Positions 58,101 to 64,000 of a stretch of 64,000 nt of DNA are shown here, in pieces. The translations under genes and the position numbers were made by a program. Each line of letters starts with the position of its first letter. Within the stretch, counting starts at the first letter, position 1. The notes beneath the pieces are model-generated. The model saw only the letters and a program-made list of their open reading frames with translations, was not told the origin of the DNA and made no database searches. The stretch covers positions 224,001-288,000 of the forward strand of contig JBFOMH010000004.1 of assembly GCA_040830765.1 (NCBI GenBank), given 5' to 3'. The DNA comes from Puniceicoccaceae bacterium. GTDB taxonomy: Bacteria; Verrucomicrobiota; Verrucomicrobiia; Opitutales; Oceanipulchritudinaceae.

Positions 58101-59073
58101 CATTTTCCTCGGGGAAGGTGTCTCCAACACAGGAGGAATCCGGGTGATTGGAGAAAACCATACCATTATCAATAATTACATCGAAGGAACCACCGGACGG
58201 CAGGACGCGGCCATACCGGTTTATGCCGGTGTGCCCAATTCTCCCCTGAACCGGTACTTCGTGGCCGACAACGCCTACATCGCCCATAACACGATTGTCG
58301 ATGTAATAGGTGCCCACGTTCTCATCGGGGCCGGATTCGGCACCAGCGACAGAACCGTTCTGCCCACCGGCGTGGTTGTGGAAAACAACCTCTTCGCGCA
58401 AAGGAACACCACTTCAAGCACCTACAAGGGCCCCGCCGCCGATGGTGAGGCGGTTCTTGATGCCACTTACTCTGGTAACATTGCCTCCTCGGTCTTCACA
58501 GGACCTCCCGCTTCCGGGATCGATGAAATATCGGTGCCGTTTACCTATGGCTCCTTCGGACTCCTTCGTCCCGAATCTGGCAGTGCGGTTGTAGACGCCG
58601 CGATTGGCTCCACCACCGAGCTTGACCTTGATGGTCAAACCCGGGACGCCAACCCGGATGTTGGAGCGGATGAACTCGTGGAAACACCCGGGGTCAACGA
58701 GGGCGGTCCAATCCAGCCCCTGCAGACCGGACCGGACTGGCGCGAGATGGTTGACACCTCACCGCCATGGGTGGGGCCGGCCTTGCGCGCCGGAAGGGCC
58801 CTCCAGTCATCCTGGTTCGGGACCTTCTACATCGGTGGCAATGACTGGGTCTACCAGCCCACGATTGCCTGGGTCTATGTTGGTGCCATCAGTTCCACCG
58901 ACAGCATGTGGTTCTGGAGTGATGTCCTTCAGTCCTGGACATGGACGAACAAGGATTACTTCCCCATCTTCTACGATGCCACGCGGGAAGCGTGGGTCTA
59001 TTACGTGGCTGCTGCCGGTGGCGGCGCTTACCTCTTCGATTATTCTCAGGGAGCCTGGACCTTTGTCCCTTGA
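55165..59073 (+). CDS. Modular secreted polysaccharide lyase family 6 (alginate lyase/chondroitinase B type): signal peptide, 2 tandem unknown domains, FN3, Ig-like, PL6, aromatic tail
   Basis: PL6 motifs ENGWETIRIGTS, CDGEVEIISNKS, LTLRHG, GGIRVIGENH; FN3 WTDNSDNETGF...YTFRV; Ig YQWY...DYWVRVTN. Confidence 0.9.
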   Translation: MKTSNPTHPLSSPKAHLKVVWITIISLMVAHAGLGQGVLLESDFESDTAGAQPAGNWTFSPSSNTADNGSVVVDGTTTPSNPLTGKSLYVYDLTSGSSTRVYQNLNDGVNVSAARVSFDFQRMFEDANPDTRVHFTIGQVNASLNNSDFRLFEVRMMNNGDFRVEYSRDGMGGDRGSAVVASYDTANPNTLVLFINSHGTETVDYDDGSLSGSLAPNMMDVYLNGISIGSYLTLKTPDPEGAPLVDFWASDADLGQVMFYQDTSRQGGIVFDNIVVTELAVGGSGGGPVDPILYIDNFDFESETVGQQPVMPFPASFSPGSNSSTNGFVVVDATSDPANPMDTGKALYAYDFHGDLSTGTSSRMQFDFAPTNTDNVRVDFDFQRMYAVAVEDEDTRIHVTVCPAGTSTNNSDFRPFEIRILNNGSLVVNYNPTGALEDGRESEVVASYDITGSNRLTFLANGNNGDALPYDDPELGMGEVPANAMVLFLNNIKVGEYGFINTPDPAAAAQIVFFETTQELGRFGIYQDSKRQGGIVFDNLSIQEFAKLGAPLAPSDLSATATGPESINLMWTDNSDNETGFVVEMLADAEWMEVEAIAADSTSYDVTGLSPETEYTFRVRSTNGTLSEPSNEAIATTEQQLTPLIQTDPQGDLLPSGSATTLAVVATGPGNLEYQWYVGQSGVTTDPIAGATESTYTTPELTATTDYWVRVTNTNGSADSVTATIEVFEPRTIRIVSIDQLNLLLPDALPGDTYVIDAGTYPNTQISFAPMGTPNAPVTLKAERPGEVIFTGNSYIRVGGDWNIVEGFLLTDGWNQSLDQAISFRTSSRQATNSRVTNCAIIDYSPPNPATDTDWVGMYGVNNRFDHNLLSGHSNKGVTLVVWRNPGKEDHHMIDHNHFRYRGNGGGENGWETIRIGTSGDSLSSSYCVVQYNLFEECDGEVEIISNKSGHNIYRYNTFWRSQGMLTLRHGDNCLIEGNIFLGEGVSNTGGIRVIGENHTIINNYIEGTTGRQDAAIPVYAGVPNSPLNRYFVADNAYIAHNTIVDVIGAHVLIGAGFGTSDRTVLPTGVVVENNLFAQRNTTSSTYKGPAADGEAVLDATYSGNIASSVFTGPPASGIDEISVPFTYGSFGLLRPESGSAVVDAAIGSTTELDLDGQTRDANPDVGADELVETPGVNEGGPIQPLQTGPDWREMVDTSPPWVGPALRAGRALQSSWFGTFYIGGNDWVYQPTIAWVYVGAISSTDSMWFWSDVLQSWTWTNKDYFPIFYDATREAWVYYVAAAGGGAYLFDYSQGAWTFVP
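55276..56799 (+). repeat. Internal tandem duplication of a roughly 245-aa domain in the PL6 protein (about 55276-56001 and 56040-56799)
   Basis: Shared blocks DFES, FSP.SN...NG.VVVD, NP..GK.LY.YD, FDFQRM, DTR.H, NNSDFR.FE.R..NNG, VVASYD, TPDP, YQD..RQGGIVFDN. Confidence 0.9.
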
Positions 59074-59077
59074 TACC

Positions 59078-60823
59078 ATGAGAAAATCCTTTTTCCAGAA
59101 CCCGGGTGCCAGACGCACCCGGGTCCTTTTTAGCGGATGCCTGCTTTGGGGCTGCTCCCTTGTGCAGGGTTCCGTCGCCGATCTGGAGGCAATAGCCGCC
59201 CCCATGAACAGCATTTTCATCCGGTGGACCGACCAGACTGCCGATGAAACAGGGTTTCGTATCGAGCGCTCGCCGGATGGAGCAACCTTTAGCGAAGTAG
59301 CGGTTGCCCCGCCGGATAGCACCGCCTACACCGATTCCGGGCTTCTCCCCGCACAGTCATATAACTATCGGGTCACCGCCTTGTCCGGTACCACCCCCAC
59401 GGGTAGTGAAGTCACCGCGACAAGCCTTCCCGCCTGGGAAATTCCCGTACCCCAAATCGGCCTTTCGCGGGTCGGACCGGAGGCCTTTCAGATGGAGCTT
59501 TCGGGGGATGGGGCAACTTATACGATTCAGGAATCCACCGACTTGTCTACCTGGCAAGACTCCGGCAATGGCGGGTTCCTCGAAGCCGGGGAAGCGGTGA
59601 GCCTCGATTTTTCAGCAAGTGCCATCCCGCGGTTCTACAGGACATCCGCGCACACCTACGAGCGTCCTGCTGCCGGTGCCATCGGCCTTTCCATGCCGTT
59701 TGCCATACCTCCTGAGCCGACTGGCGAAGTCTGGGATGTCACCCTGTTCGGGGCCTCGCCGGCCAACCTCAATTCCACCAACGATGATGCCATTGCCATC
59801 AAGGTGGCCATCAGTATCGCCGAACCGGGGGACATCATTCTCATTCCGGAGGGAACGTATACCATTCGCCAGACGCTGGAGCTCCCCTCCGACATCACCC
59901 TGAGAGGGGCCGGCATGGATGCCACAACTCTTGTCACGGAAGGTGTGGAGCGGGCCGTGGTGGTTCCGCCGGAAGCCCATGATATCCGCATTGAGGGCTT
60001 CAGTATCACCTACCTCGGGGAAACCGAGGAGCTGCTGCATGGCGTGTATGTAGGAAGTTCCCGGCAAGGCCGGAACAGCTACCGGATTCTGATCGATGGA
60101 CTTCGCATTGAGCGCTTTTCCGTGCACGGGGTATCGCTCCGGGATTGTCACCATGTGCTGGTCCAGAATTGTGAGATGCTGAATGCGACCAACCTCGGTG
60201 GCGGCGGGCATGGGTATGGTATTGCCCTGAACTATCCGACCAACAACAACAACTGGATCCGCAATAACACCATTGGCCCCGTCATCAGGCACGCCATCCT
60301 TATCCAGTACTATTCCCACAACAACCTGGTGGAGGATAATCTCGCCATTGAGAACACCGAGGATGCCTACGATCTCCACGGGGAGGACGAGTATGCCAAT
60401 GAATTGCGATTCAATATTGCCCGTGACGGCGATCGGGACGGCTTCGGGGTGGGGAACACCGGATCCACCCATGATCGCAGCGGGCCCAACAACTGGATTC
60501 ACCATAATACGGTCGAGAATTCCCGCTCCGGGGTGGAAATCTATCAGGGCTCGGACATTGTCTACGTCGACAAGAACATATTTACCGGGAATGAGTATGG
60601 CATCCGGGTCTACGGACTTGGTGGAAAGCACCTCTACCTCCGCGGCAATACCCTCGACGGCAACCAGACCGGGGTGACCCTGGAAAACGCCCGCTGGATC
60701 TGGTTGCTGGACAACCATATAGCGAATAGCTCCCGGTACGGGATCGAGGTCAAAAGCGGTGTTTCCGACCTTGTCGACGAGGGCAACATCCTCACCGGCA
60801 ATGCCCAGGACTACTTCCCTTGA
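59078..60823 (+). CDS. Secreted FN3 + right-handed parallel beta-helix protein (putative polysaccharide-modifying enzyme)
   Basis: ATG at 59078, 4 nt after the PL6 stop. FN3 (WTDQTADETGFRIERS); pectate_lyase_3-like cap (DVTLFGA...NDDAIAI...IPEGTY...ITLRGAG); Asn-ladder repeats. Confidence 0.8.
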   Translation: MRKSFFQNPGARRTRVLFSGCLLWGCSLVQGSVADLEAIAAPMNSIFIRWTDQTADETGFRIERSPDGATFSEVAVAPPDSTAYTDSGLLPAQSYNYRVTALSGTTPTGSEVTATSLPAWEIPVPQIGLSRVGPEAFQMELSGDGATYTIQESTDLSTWQDSGNGGFLEAGEAVSLDFSASAIPRFYRTSAHTYERPAAGAIGLSMPFAIPPEPTGEVWDVTLFGASPANLNSTNDDAIAIKVAISIAEPGDIILIPEGTYTIRQTLELPSDITLRGAGMDATTLVTEGVERAVVVPPEAHDIRIEGFSITYLGETEELLHGVYVGSSRQGRNSYRILIDGLRIERFSVHGVSLRDCHHVLVQNCEMLNATNLGGGGHGYGIALNYPTNNNNWIRNNTIGPVIRHAILIQYYSHNNLVEDNLAIENTEDAYDLHGEDEYANELRFNIARDGDRDGFGVGNTGSTHDRSGPNNWIHHNTVENSRSGVEIYQGSDIVYVDKNIFTGNEYGIRVYGLGGKHLYLRGNTLDGNQTGVTLENARWIWLLDNHIANSSRYGIEVKSGVSDLVDEGNILTGNAQDYFP

Positions 60824-60942
60824 TCCGGACTCTGGTGATTTCCGGCAAGATTCTTTGTTTTGGGTTTGCCAACAGGTAGCGATACGGTTTCTGCTGGACT
60901 CCCGTTGGCGGGCAATGCCTCCAACCGCAACGGAGTCCTTAA

Positions 60943-62559
60943 ATGGCTGAAAAAAAGAGTATCAAACACATATTTGTCACGGGAGGTGTGGTCTCTTCCC
61001 TCGGGAAGGGCCTGACGGCGGCGGCGCTTGGAGCGCTGCTCGAACAGCGGGGCTTGAAAATCAAGCTGCAGAAGTTCGATCCGTATTTGAATGTTGATCC
61101 GGGGACCATGAATCCCTTCCAGCACGGTGAAGTCTACGTCCTCGATGACGGTTCAGAGACCGACCTCGACCTGGGACATTACGAGCGTTTCACCAGTGGC
61201 AAGCTGAGCTACGACAACAACCTTACCTCTGGCCAGATTTACGATACCATCCTCAAGAGGGAACGCCGGGGCGATTTCCTCGGCCAGACCATCCAGGTCA
61301 TTCCCCACGTCACCAACGAGATCCAGTCCCGCTTCGAGGCCAATGCCACCGACGAGGATGTGATCATCACGGAGATTGGGGGAACCGTGGGAGACATTGA
61401 AGGCCTGCCATTCCTCGAGGCCATGCGCCAGTTCAGCCTCGATCGGGGCCATGGCAATGTGATGTTCCTGCATGTCACGCTCATTCCCTACCTGAACGCC
61501 GCCGGAGAACTGAAGACCAAGCCGACCCAGCAGAGTGTCGCCCGCCTGCGTGAGATCGGGATCCAGCCGGACGTATTGGTCTGTCGTACGGAAAAGACGA
61601 TGGCCAAGGAGCTGCGGCAGAAGCTGAGCATGTTCTGTAATGTACCCGTGGAGGCGGTCATCGAGGAAAAGGATGTTGAGACCTCTATTTACGAAGTTCC
61701 CCTGATGCTGGAGAACGAAGGTGTCGACCAGCTCGTCTTGAAGCACTTCGGGCTCGACCATTTACCGCAGTTGGAGAACGGATGGGACAACGTGGTCCGG
61801 ATCCTCCGCTATCCCAAGCACCGGGTGGACATTGCGGTGGTCGGTAAGTACATCGAGCTCCAGGATGCCTACAAGAGCGTCTACGAAAGCCTCGTCCACG
61901 GGGGAATTGCCAATGATTGCGCCGTGGAAATACACCGGATTGACTCCGAGAAACTGGAGGAATCCGGCAATTACGATCAGCTTTTGGGTGTCGATGGCAT
62001 CCTTGTCCCGGGGGGCTTCGGTTCCCGCGGTATCGAGGGTAAGATTGAGGCGGTCCGTATCGCCCGGGAGAAGGGCATTCCGTACTTTGGTCTGTGCCTT
62101 GGGATGCAGGTGGCGGTGATCGAGTTTGCCCGCAACATGGCCGGCATGACCGGAGCCCACAGTGGCGAGTTTGACGAGGAGACGCCTTATCCGGTGATTG
62201 ATTTGATGCCTGAGCAGAAGGATGTTGTCGACAAGGGTGCGACCATGCGTCTGGGCGCCTATCCCTGCCAGCTCAAGGAAGGAACCATTAGTTCCAAGGC
62301 TTATGGGGAAGCACTCATCAGCGAACGCCACCGGCACCGCTACGAGTTTAACAATGACCATCAGGAAGCACTGGAAGCGGCTGGCCTGGTCGTGGCCGGG
62401 ATCAATCCGGACCGTAACCTGGTGGAAATCGTGGAAAATCCCAACCACCCATGGTTTGTCGGGGTCCAGTTCCACCCCGAGTTCCAGAGCAAGCCCCGGC
62501 AGGCACACCCGCTCTTCGCCAGCTTCATCACCGCCGCCCTGGCTCGGCGAGGAAGGTAA
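60943..62559 (+). CDS. pyrG: CTP synthase
   Basis: [56 protein letters not shown]. Confidence 0.99.
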   Translation: MAEKKSIKHIFVTGGVVSSLGKGLTAAALGALLEQRGLKIKLQKFDPYLNVDPGTMNPFQHGEVYVLDDGSETDLDLGHYERFTSGKLSYDNNLTSGQIYDTILKRERRGDFLGQTIQVIPHVTNEIQSRFEANATDEDVIITEIGGTVGDIEGLPFLEAMRQFSLDRGHGNVMFLHVTLIPYLNAAGELKTKPTQQSVARLREIGIQPDVLVCRTEKTMAKELRQKLSMFCNVPVEAVIEEKDVETSIYEVPLMLENEGVDQLVLKHFGLDHLPQLENGWDNVVRILRYPKHRVDIAVVGKYIELQDAYKSVYESLVHGGIANDCAVEIHRIDSEKLEESGNYDQLLGVDGILVPGGFGSRGIEGKIEAVRIAREKGIPYFGLCLGMQVAVIEFARNMAGMTGAHSGEFDEETPYPVIDLMPEQKDVVDKGATMRLGAYPCQLKEGTISSKAYGEALISERHRHRYEFNNDHQEALEAAGLVVAGINPDRNLVEIVENPNHPWFVGVQFHPEFQSKPRQAHPLFASFITAALARRGR

Positions 62560-62562
62560 GAC

Positions 62563-63357
62563 ATGCCCCTTTTTGATCCCGATAAGCTCCTTTTGATCGC
62601 CGGCCCCTGTATGCTGGAATCCGAGGAGGTCTGTCAGGCCGTTGCGGAAAAACTGGCCGCCCTGCGGGACACCCGGCCTGAGCTTCAGATCGTTTTCAAG
62701 GGCTCTTTCGACAAGGCCAACCGGACTTCGCTTACCTCACCGCGTGGTCCGGGCCTGGAGGATGGCCTGGCCATGTTGCAGGCCATCAAGGATACATACG
62801 GCTTTCCGCTCTTGACGGACTTTCACACGGCAGAGCAGGCCCCTGTTGCCGGATCTGTTGTCGATGTCCTGCAAGTCCCTGCCTTTCTATGCCGCCAGAC
62901 AGACCTGCTGGTCGCCGCTGCCCGTACAGGCAAGGTGGTCAACGTCAAGAAAGGCCAGTTCCTTAGTCCACAGGAAATGCGCTATGTGGTGGACAAGCTG
63001 GAAAGCTCCGATGCCACGGAGATCTGGCTCACTGAGCGGGGAACCACCTTCGGGTACCAGAACCTGGTGGTCGATATGCGTAACTTCCCGCAACTTTCCG
63101 CCTATGGCCATCCGGTCATTATGGATGCCACCCACAGTGTGCAGATGCCGGGAGCCGGGGAGGGGACAACCTCCGGCAAACGGGAATTTGTTCCCCCACT
63201 GGCCCGCGCGGCCATGGCGGCCGGGGCCAATGGGCTCTTTGTCGAGACGCATCCGGAACCTGCCGAGGCGCTCTCGGATGGCCCGAACCAAGTACCGCTG
63301 GCCGAGCTGCCTCAGGTTGTGGAATCGGTCCTCAAGGTCTGGCAGGCCGTGCGTTGA
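62563..63357 (+). CDS. kdsA: 3-deoxy-8-phosphooctulonate (KDO8P) synthase
   Basis: IAGPC (metal-dependent type), [44 protein letters not shown]. Confidence 0.97.
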   Translation: MPLFDPDKLLLIAGPCMLESEEVCQAVAEKLAALRDTRPELQIVFKGSFDKANRTSLTSPRGPGLEDGLAMLQAIKDTYGFPLLTDFHTAEQAPVAGSVVDVLQVPAFLCRQTDLLVAAARTGKVVNVKKGQFLSPQEMRYVVDKLESSDATEIWLTERGTTFGYQNLVVDMRNFPQLSAYGHPVIMDATHSVQMPGAGEGTTSGKREFVPPLARAAMAAGANGLFVETHPEPAEALSDGPNQVPLAELPQVVESVLKVWQAVR

Positions 63358-63372
63358 GGTAAGCTGACCGGA

Positions 63373-64000
63373 TCAGTCGGCGGTCGGTGGATAGCACTCG
63401 AGGATTTCCGCTTCGCCCTCCGGGATGATTTCCAATCCCTCCATTTGGGCGGGAAAGAGAAACTTCTCGAATGTCTCTAATTCCTTTGCTTCTTCCCCGG
63501 TTTGGAGGCGGATCCTACCCTTGGTCACGATGCCGATGAAGAAGCGCCCCGGCTCGACCTGGATGGGACCGGAAAGCGTCGATTTCCGGATCTCCATGCA
63601 GGCGGTCGTTTCCTTGCCCAGCAGGTGAAACTGCTTTCCCGCACCATGTGGATATTCCCTGATGAGCTGCGGCTCAAAAAAGTACTTTTCCCTGATTTGC
63701 TCCAGGCTGGTCTGGTTGAAATCAAAAACATCGAGACAAAATTCAAGCCCCCGTCCCATGAAGCGGGCGGATTCCGGCAGGACGTACCCGGCCTTCTCAA
63801 ATTCAAACCGCACCGCTAGATCCGAGGGCTCCATGATCTCCACCATCAGAATCCCTTCCCCGATGGCGTGAGGAAATCCACCAGGAATATAGAGCGTGTC
63901 CCCAGGCTTGACCGGGATTTTCTCGAAGCATCCCTCCATGGCGGCTATGTCCTGCTTCTCGATCCATTCCTTGAGGGATTCCCTGCTGGGAGGATGCTGG
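63373..64000 (-). CDS. Class I mannose-6-phosphate isomerase-like cupin protein (3' part; start lies beyond the window)
   Basis: VKPGDTLYIPGGFPHAIGEGILMVEIMEPSD motif; the frame appears open to the window end. Confidence 0.75.
   Translation of the reverse strand, partial: QHPPSRESLKEWIEKQDIAAMEGCFEKIPVKPGDTLYIPGGFPHAIGEGILMVEIMEPSDLAVRFEFEKAGYVLPESARFMGRGLEFCLDVFDFNQTSLEQIREKYFFEPQLIREYPHGAGKQFHLLGKETTACMEIRKSTLSGPIQVEPGRFFIGIVTKGRIRLQTGEEAKELETFEKFLFPAQMEGLEIIPEGEAEILECYPPTAD

Noticed and set aside
56131..58401. 756-aa ORF on the minus strand
   Set aside because: Antisense shadow of the PL6 gene, explained by codon bias in GC-rich DNA; no protein motifs.
58604..59077. N-terminal extension of the beta-helix ORF overlapping the PL6 3' end
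   Set aside because: Low-complexity out-of-frame translation of the PL6 tail. The ATG at 59078 gives a signal-peptide-like start just after the PL6 stop, so there is no need to invoke a frameshift or overlap.
41950..60940. Polysaccharide locus as a mobile island
   Set aside because: No transposase, integrase or terminal repeats, and no obvious compositional shift by eye. Ancient transfer is not excluded.

Overview
GC-rich bacterial chromosomal window. It is most likely from Verrucomicrobiota, class Opitutia (Puniceicoccales-like); this is inferred from the TonB-receptor N-terminal motif and from protein tail domains. It has four parts. (1) About 1-14.4 kb and 20.5-23.7 kb: a cell-surface glycan/glycolipid region with many GT4 and GT2 glycosyltransferases, a lone Wzm-type ABC permease, a HAD-like protein and a serine-palmitoyltransferase-like alpha-oxoamine synthase. 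(2) About 14.4-42 kb: housekeeping genes (gatCAB, cystathionine gamma-synthase-like, lysA, sdhCAB, rny, 2x exbD, response regulator, gmk, ftsK, PMI, proB, frr, pyrH, tRNA-Gln(TTG), HAD, CPA1-EIIA antiporter, ugd). (3) 42.0-60.8 kb: a polysaccharide (most likely alginate) utilisation locus with GH88, a 2-hydroxyacid dehydrogenase, a PL15 exo-lyase, a TIM-barrel isomerase, a DEH reductase, a LacI-type regulator, a 1399-aa TonB-dependent receptor with a non-SusD partner, a modular PL6 lyase and a beta-helix enzyme. (4) pyrG-kdsA and a second, partial PMI-like gene. Two things stand out. A palindromic ATAATTAT-core site sits in front of all five apparent promoters of the locus. A Trp/Tyr-rich C-terminal tail is shared by three unrelated secreted proteins and is a candidate surface anchoring/sorting module for a SusD-independent uptake system. 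No mobile element, CRISPR array or rRNA was seen.
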